A DNA stretch of 64,000 nt from Octopus sinensis (GCF_006345805.1 NC_043010.1:8308001-8372000), one strand, 5' to 3'; shown: positions 26,276 through 40,386, counted from the first letter of the stretch. Made by a program: numbers and translations. The notes: a model not told the origin generated them from the letters alone.

Positions 26276-26346
<71 letters not shown>

Positions 26347-26602
26347 GATCTGCTGTGCTTGAGGAGACCTATTGAGTCAAGTACATCAACATCAAAATAC
26401 TACACATATATTATATATATATATGTACATTTATAGGAAGTTAATTATATGGCCAGTCATAAAGTGATCAATGATTTCACCTTGGCTTAGACCTACTTTT
26501 TTTAATGCCTTCTACTTATTCTATTGATCTCTATCCTCACTAAGTTACGTGGATGTAGACACTCCAATACTGGTTGTCAAGTGATGGACACACACACACA
26601 CA

Positions 26603-26662
<60 letters not shown>

Positions 26663-26805
26663 AAAAAAAACTACTTTCAATTTCTGTCTATCAAATCCAC
26701 TCACAAAGCTTTGGTCGGCCTGAGGCTGTAGTAGAAGGCACTTGCCCAAGATGCCATGCAGTGGGACTGAACCCTGAAACCATGTGGTTGTGAAACAAGC
26801 TTCTT

Positions 26806-28798
26806 TATGTCATTAAATTGGCCATATAGGCCTTACAAAGCTTGTGGTCTGGACATGGACAAGATGAGATGAAATGAAACAAAATGATACGGATGAGAGG
26901 GATGTCAGCGCCCACCGACCGACAAACCCTCGAATGCAAAGTTTCTTACAAAAATTCTCTTTGTTAGGTCCTCCAAGCAAAGTGAATTGCTACCTGTGGA
27001 CAACTCTGCATCGACAAATCAGGGCCTGCAAAGAGGAAAGCAAACTTTTCCTTGTCAAAGGTTGCTGTGACCTTTGACAAAATTTTTCCAGTTACTACCT
27101 CCGCAGCCACATGCGGAGGCCATATCAGACTACTTGAGCAGACCGAGTACGCACGTTCTCGGTCACACAAGCCGTCCAAAAATTTACTCACTGTCCCTCC
27201 CTCGTGGTAAAGGAGGACAAACACTTCCTCTTCACAGGAAGGGACCTCACACTGCTCCATCAGTGGCACACTTCCCACTGACAGAGCCCTATCCACAGGT
27301 GGCACACATCCCACCTGCGGCTCCGTCGGTGGCCCAGGAACATATGCAGACCGTCCTCTGCTCCTCTTTTTCCTCTTTCTTTTTGAGGCTGTGGGAGGAG
27401 GGGGCTGCGTCAACAGATGCAGGGGTGTCGCTACCCTCCTCCGCCGCCTGAACATTCTTTAGTGAGCAACCATTGTTGCTCACCTTTCTTTATCTTTTCG
27501 TGGAAGCAACTACCTCCATCACTTCCACCTTCTCTTTCTCATGCTCCAGGGCCCCACCACGGCCCCCTGGACAGTTCCTTTTGATATGGCCAGGCTCCAG
27601 GCACAGGTGACACTTGAGGGGGGTGTCCCTCAAGTATTACCGGTTACCTGTACCCGGCCATTTTTAGGAAATGTGGGAACATCATGTCTCCCATGGCCAC
27701 TGGGGTACACAGGGTCAAAGTTGCCTTTGATCCCTCCCAGTTGACTGCGGGAGCAAACTTCACACTCAATAGCCTGGGCCCCGCTATCCCCCAGGCCTCG
27801 CCGGATGGTCTTCTCGATCCATCCCACCTCCGTGCCCGGGGGCAGCCTGCATATCCAGGCTCTTCTTATCTTCCTCCCACAATACGTGGGTAGGAACAAA
27901 ATTTCCTCACCCTCCAAGGGTTGACTAGCAAATTTGCGAGCCTCTTCAGGGGTATCAAATAGCAACCACACCGTTGCATATCTGACACCCCTGGAAATGA
28001 ATTTAATTGTTGGCAAATACACTGCCAACTCCTTTTCAATTGCCATCTTTATGAATAGGGCGATGGTGTCGAGTGATTTGGAGTAGGTTCTCAACACCAC
28101 TGTCCTATCTTCACGGTCTTTCAACCACTTTTTGGGCGGTATCATCTCCCACTCCAAAACTTTGTCTTTTTTCATTGCCATGTTTTTTTTTTTTTTCTTT
28201 GAAAATATATTCAAAATAAAACTTAAAAAGCGAGAAGGAAAAAGAAATCAAAGAAAGTCACAATAAACAAAAAGGAGAAAGTCAAATAAAGTTTAGAAGA
28301 AAGTCAGTAGTTCAGGAACACAGCAAAAACTCTTCCAGCCATTCGGTACTCCCGGCTTAGGTTGAACCCGGAACACCACAACTTCCACAAAAATTGATAT
28401 ACAAATTGTTCAATCGTCGGAGGCAAAGACACTCCCCCAAACAGCAGTTCTCACAATTATTAAAGTTCTTCAAAAGGCACAATACAAGCAATAATTCTCA
28501 TAATTAAGTGAGAAAAATATTCACTCAACATAAACCGAAGACAAATACACCCCCAAACAAAAATTCTCACAATTCAGTGAGAAAAATTATTTGCTCCATG
28601 TAGGCAGAACCAGAATTCTGAAGCTAGTAGGACTTTCTGCTCGTACAAAAACAATTCTCAACAAAAATTCCCACTGGACCCAAAAAACAGAATCTTACCT
28701 TACAATGGAGCTTCAAAATTTTTCAATTCAAGACGGCTTCAGAAGCATGTCTCACCTCTTTGGTGCCGAACACCACAATTATTCGCACATGCACAATG
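26806..28798 (-). mobile_element. ~2-kb ORF1-only L1/Tx1-like retroelement inserted into a family-A SINE head
   Basis: TSD GAA(A/G)CAAGCTTCTT at 26792-26805 and 28799-28812; the SINE continues across the insertion; no EN or RT motifs recognised. Confidence 0.75.
26964..28181 (-). pseudogene. Frameshifted gag-like ORF1 (putative RRM-like region, CCHC knuckle, Lys/Glu-rich linker, unknown C-terminal domain)
   Basis: ORFs 27630..28214 and 26964..27455, plus manually read knuckle CHLCLEPGHIKRNC at 27571-27612. Confidence 0.75.
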
Positions 28799-28900
28799 GA
28801 AGCAAGCTTCTTACCACACAGTCATGCCTTGTATGTATGTATGTATGTATGTATGTATGTATGTATGTATGTATGTATGTTATGTATTTATGTATGTATG

Positions 28901-28941
<41 letters not shown>

Positions 28942-29103
28942 ATACGTACATAAATACATATATATGTATAAATAAATGAAAGAATGGAGTCGAACGAAGA
29001 TATTAACAAAATTCCTTTACTCTCGACACTTGTTTCGAACGTAAATTTGCTACCCAGGTATCGGTTAACCGAATTTTCCATGCTAGGATAATTCATTCAA
29101 CTA

Positions 29104-29136
<33 letters not shown>

Positions 29137-29459
29137 ACACCAAGACTACTTTTTTTAATGCCTGGTACTTATTCTATCGGCCTTTACCCCCACTAAGTTA
29201 TGGGGATGTAGACACTCCAACACTGGTTGTCAAGTGATGGGGGGACAAACTTGGACACAATGAGACACACAGCAGCGACTCCATCAAAGAATGTCTGAAG
29301 AAAGAATTGTATTCCGAAATATCTTCGGACTATGGATAACTAAATTACAGCAGGTATATTGTCCATTTTTTTTTTATCATAGTGCATTGTTGCACCATTC
29401 AAAACTTTTTATTCTTTAAAAACAATATGCAATGCTTCAAGCGAACTACAATACTCTTC

Positions 29460-29509
<50 letters not shown>

Positions 29510-29960
29510 AGATTATTGTATAGAGTATTATATATATCGCTATATATTATATATATATATATATTATATTATATTATATATATTATATATATATATTATA
29601 TAATAATATATATATATATAATATAATATAATATAATATATTATAATATAATATGATTTAATATAAATAATATATTTATATTATTAATATTATTATGATT
29701 GAATGCCATGCATCTATTTTCAAGTAAGTTCATCTATCTATCTATCTCTCTCTCTATATATATATATGCATATATACATATATATATGTACATACCTACA
29801 TATATATGTATATATACATGCATATATGGGTACAGGACATCAAAAAAACGTTGAACACAATGAGAAACAAAAACATAAATAATAATAATAATAACAACAA
29901 CAACAACAACAACAACAACAATAATAATAAAAATGATAATAATAATAATAATAATAATAA

Positions 29961-30516
29961 ATGCCCTGATGCAGTACCAGGCAGTGGCTCTCGTGGCTTC
30001 TGATCTAAACTGATTGGAAGTGTTATCATGTACATTGTTTTGTCTTGGTATAAAAGATGGGCTACAGCAAATATTCTGCTAAATACCACAGATTTGCTTG
30101 TCTGTTGTTTGACCTTAACAAGTGGACCATGTCCCTTAGTGGCTGATGATTTGTGCATCTCTGACCATGAGCAGAAGTAGTGGGGAGCATCATAGCCATG
30201 TGTTGAGAGGGATTCTTTGGGGTTTGAATAATTCACCTCTGGAAACATGGGTGGTTCGTTCAACATCCTTAAACAACCCTTATTCAGGGACCTTTTGAGT
30301 GGGATGGACTACTCAACCTGAAGAAAATTCTAACTGGGCCCCACCTGCAAGGTCATGTGCTGTTTATCTTGATATGAGATCACCATGTCACGCACCTATG
30401 GTTGTGATGCCTGTGCCTAGTGTACCCTTATCAGAAAGGGTAGTCATGGTGGGTATACTGGGCTTCGTATATTTTACCCCAGTGTCACTTTGATGGCATG
30501 CACGGCTCTCTCACTC
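29961..30516 (+). mobile_element. (TAA)n-associated ~550-bp non-coding element, full length
   Basis: (AAT)n-ATGCCCTGATGCAGTACC...CTCTCTCACTC-(AAT)n. Confidence 0.9.
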
Positions 30517-30713
30517 AATTATTATAATGATAATAATGATAATAATAATAATAATAATAATAATTAAAGTTATGTATTGCCATTTGCTTCAGTGTGAAGA
30601 ATTTAAGGAAAAATATCAGAAAAGTTATTAACAAAAAAATCAAGAAGGAAAAACAAATGGGGTAATATGGAAAATTTAAATGGATACTTACAAATAACTT
30701 GTAAAAGAAGGAC

Positions 30714-30817
<104 letters not shown>

Positions 30818-31599
30818 TAATAATGATAATATAATAATAATAATAAATAATAATAATAATAATAATAATAATGTAATTATTGTATACAGTGCTCAGGTGC
30901 ACCACAACTTGTCAAGTGTGCGTACGTCAATGTATATTGAAGTTTATCTATTCAAAAAAATCTTTAAACTAATTTGGCCAATACATAACAGCATGGAAAA
31001 GGGGACATTAATGATGATGTTGAAAATTGTGTATGTGTAAATATTTATATATATATCACTTGAATATAGCAAAAACATTGTCTAGTTTTCCTGGTTTTTT
31101 TTTCATTATTATGGTATTTTAACATTAAAAAATATTTTGTGATGTTCATAAAGCTCAATTAACACTTTCATACGTATGGTCCTTTCCTCCTCCATACTCT
31201 AGAGAGGCCACTTGCTAGAAAGGCCTTTAGCCAACAGGTTTTGGGATGTGATAATACACCATAAAGCTAAGCCCTTCATGGACATGAAACCTAAGGTAAT
31301 CCCATAAACCGGCCTTATCTAACTCTAATGTGTGTGTGTGTGTGTGTGCATGCGTGCGTGCATGTGTGTGTGTCTGTGTGTGCATTTGTCACTGCCGCTT
31401 AAGAACTGGTGCTGGTGTGCTTACAACTCTGCAGCCAAGCAGTTCAGTAACGGAGACCAATAAAATAAGTATCAGTCGTAAAAACAAAAAAAAAGTATGC
31501 TGATCAATTCATTTGACTAAAATTTCTTCAAGGCAGTGCCCTAGCATGGCTGCCATCCAATGAGTGAAACATGTAAACGATAACAGATATGTGTATAGG

Positions 31600-31736
31600 T
31601 GTAGATAGACAGACAGACAATAGAAATAGATAGATAGATAGATATAGATAGATAGATAGATAGATGATAGATAGATAGATAGATATAATAATAGATATAT
31701 ATACAGATTGATAGACAGATAGCTAGACAACAGACA

Positions 31737-31798
<62 letters not shown>

Positions 31799-31828
31799 GA
31801 TATATATATATATATATTATATATAGAT

Positions 31829-31882
<54 letters not shown>

Positions 31883-32062
31883 TGATAGACAGATAACTAG
31901 ACAGACAGACAAATAGATAGATAGATAGATAAATAGATATATAGATAGATAGATATACAGACAGACAAATAAATAGATAGACTGATAGACAGATAGATAG
32001 ATAAATAGATAGATAGATAGACAGACAGGCAGACAGGCAGACAGATAGATAGATAGATAGAT
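31600..32062. repeat. (GATA)n/(GACA)n/(TA)n compound microsatellite
   Basis: Directly visible. Confidence 0.95.
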
Positions 32063-32321
32063 TTATGTATAAAATGAAAATCAGCTAAGAGAAATAATTC
32101 AGTGGCCGGTGGCATAAACAACAAAGATGATTAAGGGTATTAAATAGCATACAAAATAAATTCTTGATTTATTAAAATTATCTCTGCTTTCAGAGAATGT
32201 ATACAAATTGCTTGTGGCTGTTAGCATCAGCTCCAAATGAGAAGGGGAGATAATCTCCAGAAAGAATCAATTCTTGATTCTTGACATGGAACTATATGTA
32301 TATGTGTGTGTGCGCAAGTAG

Positions 32322-32363
<42 letters not shown>

Positions 32364-32438
32364 ATATATTTGTATATATATAAGTATGTTTGTATGTAAA
32401 CTAATGTATGTGTATATGTATATGCATGTATATGTATG

Positions 32439-32474
<36 letters not shown>

Positions 32475-32486
32475 CATTTATACACA

Positions 32487-32517
<31 letters not shown>

Positions 32518-32974
32518 AATATATATATATATATTTATATATATATATATACACACACATACATATCATCTTCATGATTTAATGTCTGTCTTACATGCTG
32601 GCATGGGTTGGACGGTTTGACAGGAACCAGGTAGGTAGAAGACTACACCAGATTACTGTGTCTGCTTTGGCATGGTCTTTACACTGGATGCCCCCTTCCT
32701 AAAACCAACCACCCTGTAGAGTGGACTGGTGGACTGGGTGCTGAAATGTTCCTGGCTTTCAGTAAAAGAAAATACAGGAGGATTAGTTAATTAGGATTTT
32801 GTTTAAAATATTCCCCTCTCAGATTCACATACACTTATTGCTGCAGTCCTTCAGCTCTTCTAAGCCCTGTGAAAGAATTCAGATAATTGGGCCTCCAACC
32901 AGACCTTTTATGATACCCTTATAGCGAGGAACCTTTTAGCACTCCCTCGTGTGCGTGTGTATATATATATATAT

Positions 32975-35049
32975 ATGGTGTAGCAGCATAATAGTTAACT
33001 GCTACAAAGGTAAAGGTGACACCCTAGATACAAATAATTACAGAGGTATCAAGCTGTTGGATCAGGTAATGAAGGTTACGGAGAGGGTCATAGCCCAACT
33101 TATTAGGGAGAGAGTCAACTTGGATGAGATGCAGTTTGGTTTCGTGCCATATTTCTGGTAAGACAACTGCAGGAGAAATACCGAGCCAAAGATAAGCTGC
33201 TGTACCTGGCTTTCATTGACATGGAGGAAGCCTTTGACAGGGTCTCTTGATCCCTTATCTGGTGGTCAATGAGGACACTAGGGATAGATGAATGGTTAGT
33301 GAGAGCTGTGCAAGCCATGTACAGGGACGCTGTAAGTAAGGTAAGGGTTTGCAACGAGTACACTGAAGAATTCAAGGTAGAGGTTGGGGGTCCACCAGGG
33401 TTCAGTCCTCAGCCCCCTCCTATTTATCGTAGTCCTCCAGGCAATAACGGAGGAATTCCAGACAGGATGCCCCTGGGAGCTCCTCTATGCTGACGACCTA
33501 GCTCTAATTGCTGAGTCGCTATCAGAACTAGAGTGTGGAAACAAGGATTAGAATCGAAGGGCCTTAGAATCAACCTAGCTAAAACCAAAGTTCTAATAAG
33601 TAGGAAGGCAAGCAAACCACAAATCCTTTCAGGTAGATGGCCCTGCTCAATCTGTAGTAGAAGTGTAACTCTATAAGATATACCCAGTGTAAGCTATGAA
33701 CACATAAGAGGTGCAGCAATATCAAAGGAAGGCGAACTGGGAAGATAGTTTTGATGATGATGATGATGATGTGGCAGATACTCAGGAGCGATAAACACTG
33801 AAAATGCGCAGAGACCAACTTCCGCCATATTCCAGGGAGAAAAACTTGAAGTAGTTGATAGCTTCCGTTATCTAGTTGACCAAATCAATAGCGGAGGGGG
33901 GTGCACTGAAAGTGTGGCTGCTAGAATAAGAATAGCTTGGGCAAAGTTCAGAGAGCTCTTACCTCTGCTGGTGACAAAGGGTCTCTCGCTCAGAGTAAAA
34001 GGTAGACTGTATGATGCATGTGTACGAACAGCCATGCTACACGGTAGTGAATCATGGGCTGTGACTGCTGAGAATATGCGTAAGCTCACAAGGAATGAAG
34101 CCAGTATGCTCCGATGGATGTGTAATGTCAGTGCGCATACTCAACAGAGTGTAAATACCTTGAGAGAAAAGTTGGACCTAAGAAGCATTAGATGTGGTGT
34201 GCAAGAGAGACAACTGCGCTGGTATGGTCATGTGGTGAGAATGGATGAGGATAGCTGTGTGAAAAAGTGCCACACCCTAGCCGTTGAGGGAACCTGTGGA
34301 AGAGGTAGACCCAGGAAGACCTGGGATGAAGTGGTGAATTACGACTTCTGAACATGAGGCCTCACCAAGGAAATGACTAGTGACCGAGACCTTTGGAAAC
34401 CATAATCCGTGGCCTATGCCAGGAGCATAACCAGCCTGCTTATGCGTAGCTTTTCCTTCTTTGGTCACTAAACTTTGCTTGCAAAGACCTGTTGAGGCAA
34501 GTGAAATCAAAATCAAAATTAAAATCATTTCGATGACTGGCATCCGTGCTAACGGGGTGCAAAGAGCACCATACACGTGTGATCGTTGACAGAGAGGCTA
34601 TTCGAGTATGATCGTTACCAGCGTCGCCTTACTGGCACTTGTGCCTGTGCTAGTAGGGTGCCAAGAATACCATCCGAGGTGCGTTATCATTGTGATTGTT
34701 GCCAGAGCAGCCAACTGGCTTCAGTACCCATGGCACATAAAAGGGCACCATTTGAGCGTAATCGTTACCAACGTCGCTTCACTGGCACCTGTGTAGGTGG
34801 CACATGTAAAAAGATTCAAGCGAGGTCATTGCCAGTACCGCCTGACTGGCCCCCATGCAGGTGGCACATAAAAAGCACCCACTACACTCTCGAAGTGGTT
34901 AGTATTAGGAAGGGCATCCAGATGTAGAAACTCTGCCAGATCAAGACTCGAGCCTGGTGCAGCCATCTGGTTGCCAGCCCTCAGTCAAAATCGTCCAACC
35001 CATGCTAGAATGGAAAACGGATGTTAAATGATGATGATGATGATGATGA

Positions 35050-35051
<2 letters not shown>
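32975..35051 (+). mobile_element. 5'-truncated RTE-clade LINE: disrupted RT, PHD-like finger, ~700-bp 3' UTR, (GAT)n tail
   Basis: YKGKGD...NYRGIKLL, MQFGF, AFDRV, QGSVLSPLLF, LLYADDL, RIAWAKF, WYGHVVRM, GRGRPRKTW. Confidence 0.95.
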
Positions 35052-35087
<36 letters not shown>

Positions 35088-35243
35088 CAAAGTAAGATAG
35101 GGGTTATGAAAGTAACCCACTATGGGATATCAGTTATCCAATATACTGCTGGTAAAGTACCCAAATACTAAATACATAAATGCTTATAATGGCAATGCAA
35201 TTAATTAATTTATTGTATTGAATGGTGGACGACAATGACGATG

Positions 35244-35305
<62 letters not shown>

Positions 35306-36216
35306 TGTGAGTGCATGTGTGTTGATGCATCAATCTTAAGTTTCTCTAAAGAGAAAAAAATATAATGCATTTTTATTTATTTATTGTTTTGGGTTCAAAA
35401 CACAAAAACCATAGCAAAATAATTTTATTTTTTACATGAAGTGTACCATAAATAACAATGTAAACTGACACGGAATAAGAGATTTTGATATTTTCACCAC
35501 TACAAATTATGTCCCTTGGTTTATATCCTGGCCATAAACTTATCAACTGCCTTTCGGCTTCCCATTGGTACAGCTGATTGCAGACGCTTAAAAATAACTG
35601 GTTGGCATTTGATACTGTCATTTATATATCATATGGGAAATGTTGGAATTAGTATTCAGCATTGAATATCATAAACTAGAATATAATTACTCCTACTATT
35701 TTATTTTTGACTACTATATTCATTATTTCAACAAAATAAATTCTTTTACTCATATATGTTTGTAAATGTGTGTGTGTGTGGTTTGTGTGTGTGTGTGCGC
35801 ACATTTCTATGAGTGTGTGTGAGTGTGGTGTGTGTGTGTTTGTGTGTGCACATTTCTATGAGTGTGTGTGTGTGCGTTTTTGTGAGTGTGTGTATGTGCA
35901 AATGCACATTTCTGTGAGTGTGTGTGTGCATTTGCGAAGTGTGTGTGCTTGTGCTACATATCCATAAACATTTATACAAGTGTAAGTATATGCATGCAAG
36001 TGTGCATGTGTGTGTACACAAGTATGTATGTGCGTGCACACACGCACCAATGTGTTTACTGAATAAATTATGGTGTATGATATTTTGATATAAAGCTAAT
36101 TCAAAATATATGTACGATGAAACTTCTAAATATACTGATAACAATATAATGTGTATGTGCAAAAATAAGTAATAAATAGATATATGAGTGTAAGTATACA
36201 TACATACATTTATATA

Positions 36217-36250
<34 letters not shown>

Positions 36251-37042
36251 CAAAACACACCCATCATATATATATACATACATAATATAATATATATATA
36301 TATAATATATATATATTGTATCTATATATTATGTCTATATTTAATATATATATATATAATACATATATAATTTATAAATATATTATATATATACATATAT
36401 AATTTATAGATATATTATATATATATATATATATATACATATTTATATTATATATACATATATATTTATAAATATATTATATATATATATATACATATAT
36501 AATTTATAGATATTATATATATATATATATATACATATATATTATAAATTATTATATATATATATCTATATATATATATATTATATATATATATCTTATA
36601 TATATATACATGGGTGTTTGTGTGTATAAGCAAATCCGCATATGCTTTCAATAAAGAAAATTATGAACATTGTTTTGAGATCGACAGAACTTCCTCTTGT
36701 GTATCGCCTTTAAAGGCGAGACAAATCTGTTACCAAAAGCACGACACTCTGATTATGTCCCCTTCTCTTTAAAACTGCATTGAAATATCTGTCTTCTTTG
36801 AATAGGCTTCTCAGCTATCCCCATGCTTTCACTCATTCCTTTGTAATTCATTAGTCACTTACGTTCAATGTAGCAAGACCTCATTTCTTGATTTTGTGCA
36901 TTGATTATAATATAAATAGTAATATAATGAATAATATTTGTATTACAAACAATATACTATAATAAATAATCTTATAATCATCATATACTATACCTTATAA
37001 AATAAAGCTTAAACTTTTTTATAAAGAATATTTAAGTATTTA

Positions 37043-37468
37043 AGGCGCAGGAGTGGCTGTGTGGTAAGTAGCTTGTTTACCAACCACATGGTTCCGGGTT
37101 CAGTCCCACTGCATGGCACCTTGGGCAAGTGTCTTCTACTATAGCCTCGGGCTGACCAAAGCCTTGTGAGTGGATTTGGTAGACGGAAACTGAAAGAAGC
37201 CCGTCGTATTATGTATATATATATATATATATGCGTGTGTTGTGTTTGTGTGTCTGTGTTGTCCCCCTAGCATTGCTTGACAACCAATGCTGGTGTGTTT
37301 ATGTCCCCGTTACTAGCGGTTCGGCAAAAGAGACCGATAGAATAAGTACTGGGCTTACAAAAGAATAAGTCCTGGGGTCGTGTTGCTCGATTAAAAAGCG
37401 GTGCTCCAGCATGGCCGCAGTCAAATGACTGAAACTAGTAAAAGAGAGTAAAAAGAGTAAAAGAGAGT
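37043..37468 (+). mobile_element. SINE family A, full length
   Basis: Homologous to 22521-22939. Confidence 0.92.
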
Positions 37469-37906
37469 ATTAGATATATCTGTGAGCATCAAGTTGTAGT
37501 TAAAAATAATGGAATTTGAAGTATTTAAGTAACCCTTGACTATTTGTGGGTATGGTTTTCATTTATCTTTACATTTAGTACTCTAGTTTTTTTAAGGAAA
37601 TTTAAAGAAACATTGCTCATATAGTACTTAATATTGTCTCCTCTCTCTCTCTTTACTTCTCATTCAAATATATGCACATATATATATACATGTGTGTTTC
37701 TTGTGTGTTTGTATTTTAAAATGTTTGTTTGACTTTATGTCTGTATGTACTCATACACACACACACACACACAAATGTATGCATGCTGATATATATGCAT
37801 GTATGTGTGTGTGTATATATACATATATACACACACACACACCATATATATATATTCTATATATATATATATATCTATATATATATATATACGTATATTT
37901 ATATAT

Positions 37907-37955
<49 letters not shown>

Positions 37956-38010
37956 TATATATATATATAATATATATATATAATATTACATATATATATA
38001 TATACATATA

Positions 38011-38042
<32 letters not shown>

Positions 38043-38080
38043 CTATATATATATAATATATATATATATAATATATATAT

Positions 38081-38286
38081 TAGGTCCCGGGTTGATTCGG
38101 GTTAACCACAGTAAATAAGGTACTCAATACATAGCAGAGTAAAATTAATTTATTATATAGAAGGAGCTTCTACAGGACCTAGAACTGTTTCATTCAAGAG
38201 AAATCTTCAGGAAGCTCAGGCTTCCTGAAGATTTCTTTGAATGAAACAGTTCTAGTCCTGTAGAGCTCCTTCTATATAATAAATTA
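38081..38286. mobile_element. Penelope-like fragment in (TA)n forming a ~140-bp near-perfect palindrome
   Basis: Arms 38146-38215 and 38220-38286 around a TCAG loop; each arm carries CTGAAGA...GAAAC. Confidence 0.6.
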
Positions 38287-38773
38287 TATTATATATATAT
38301 ATATAATATATAATGTATATATGTATGTATGTGTGTGTTTGTGTGTGTGTCGGTGTGTGTCTGCATCCCCTGCCAGGAATATATATACGTGTGTGCATCT
38401 ATATGTATGTGTGTATGTATGTATATATGTATATGCAGAATCATATGTAAATATATGTATTAGATTCAGTCCCACTGTGTGGCACCTTGAGCAAATGTTT
38501 TTTACTGTAGTCTCAGGCTGACTTAAAGCCTTGTGAGTGGATTTGGTAGATGGAAACTGAAAGAAGCCCATCTTATATATATGTGTGTGTTTGTGTGTGT
38601 CTTTGTCCCTGTGTTTTTCCCCCACCCATTGCTTGACAACCGATGTTAGTGTGTTTATAACACTGTAACTTAACAGTTCAGCAAAAGAGAGTGATAGAAT
38701 AAGTATGAGGCTTAAAAAAAGAAGTTCTGGTATTGAGTCATTTGACTAAAAATTCTTCAATATATATATATAT

Positions 38774-39322
38774 GCGTGCCTTTTCTTCATTGGACACTAA
38801 ACTCTGCTTGTGAAGACCAGTTGAGACAAGTGAAATCGAAATCAAACTCGGTAACTGGCATCCGTTGCTAGTGGAGTGCTAAGAGTACCATACAAGTGAG
38901 ATCATTGCCAGAGCAACAAGCTGGCCTTCGTGCCGATGGCACGTTAAACACACCACTCGAACGTGATCGTTACCACGTCGCCTTACTAGCACTTGTGCTG
39001 GTGGCACGTGAAACATTCGAGCGAGGTCGTCGCCAGTGTCGCTGGACTGGCTCCTGTGCGGTGGGGGGCACGTAAAAAGCACCATTTGGGCGTGGCTGTT
39101 GCCAGTACCACCACACTGGCCCTTGTGCCAGTGGCATGTAAAAGCACCCACTACACTCTCGGAGTGGTTGACGTTAGGAAAGGCATCCAGTTGTAGAAAC
39201 TGGATGGAGTCTGGTTCAGTTGTAGAAATCGGATTGGAGTCTGGTTCACCAAACCTCAGTCAAATCGTCCAACCCGCATGGAAAGCGGACGTTAAATGAT
39301 GATGATGATGATGATAATGATG
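38774..39322 (+). mobile_element. RTE 3' UTR fragment
   Basis: Matches 23765-24295; (GAT)n tail. Confidence 0.88.
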
Positions 39323-39737
39323 ATATATATATATATATATATACACATATAGATATACAATTACAATTATAGTTAGAATCATATTATCATTGACACACTG
39401 AAGGAGCAACAAGTCACCATAGAAATTAGGGCTCAGTTTTCACCCACATGTAACATCCATTCCCATACACTGCAGTGTGTTAATCGTCAACATAAGCTTC
39501 AGCTATAACATTGTAACAAGATCCATATATATTTGCCATTAACAAAAAAGCAGTAAACAAGTTATTCATATTTCAGATATTTCATTACATATGTTTTTTA
39601 CAATCAATAATCAATCAAATCGATAGCAGATTATTTCATCAGACAACAATACTAATACATGCATCCATACATTTAAATATACATACCTACTCTCTCTCTC
39701 TGTCTTTCTCCCTCTTCAGAATATATATATATATATA

Positions 39738-40017
39738 CTAGCAGTATCGCCCAGCGTTGCTCGGGTTTATAAGGGAAATAACTATATAAGCATTTTTAGA
39801 GTTACTTCCCTTATATAAGCTGAGCAAAAAATGCATTAAAAAAACGAAAAAATGATGGTAAATTTTTTTTTAAATCTTAGACTCATCGTAGATGCGCGCT
39901 AATACCCGGAAGGGCTTGATATGAATCACGACTATAAGATACCCGCTTTTGGTTAAACTGCACCGCAAAATATGGGAGTAGTTAGGAATCTAAATCGGAG
40001 GAGACAGACTCACACAC
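39738..40017 (-). mobile_element. Non-autonomous Helitron-type element, 5' end eroded
   Basis: Reverse complement of 45904-46206; hairpin plus CTAG. Confidence 0.78.
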
Positions 40018-40138
40018 TCTTTTTTTCTTTTGTGGCAACTAAACCTACAAACCCTCTTAGATTTACTATCTTCAATGTTGCCAACACTTACTGTTGCCTT
40101 ACCATTTCCTCAGATTTTGTATATTATTTTCACATTTT

Positions 40139-40386
40139 GTGGCACGTAAAAAGCACCAACCGATCGTGGCCATTGCCAGCCTCGTCTGGCACCTGTGTTG
40201 GTGGCACGTAAAAAGCACTCACTACACTCACAGAGTGGCTTGTGTTAGGAAGGACATCCAGCTATAGAAACACTGCCAGATCAGACTGGGCCTGGTGCAG
40301 CCTCCTGGTTTCCCAGACCCCAGTTGAACCATCCAACCCATGCTAGCATGGAAAGCGGACGTTAAACAATGATGATGATGATGATG
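40139..40386 (+). mobile_element. RTE 3' terminal fragment
   Basis: AGGAAGGACATCCAGCT...CCATGCTAGCATGG-(GAT)n. Confidence 0.85.

Noticed and set aside
29292-29330. CTGAAGA...GAAA hammerhead-like motif
   Set aside because: No stem I; the core instead pairs with downstream TCTTCGGAC as a simple hairpin.
36698-36725. Palindrome TCGCCTTTAAAGGCGA
   Set aside because: Single 16-bp palindrome with no supporting context.
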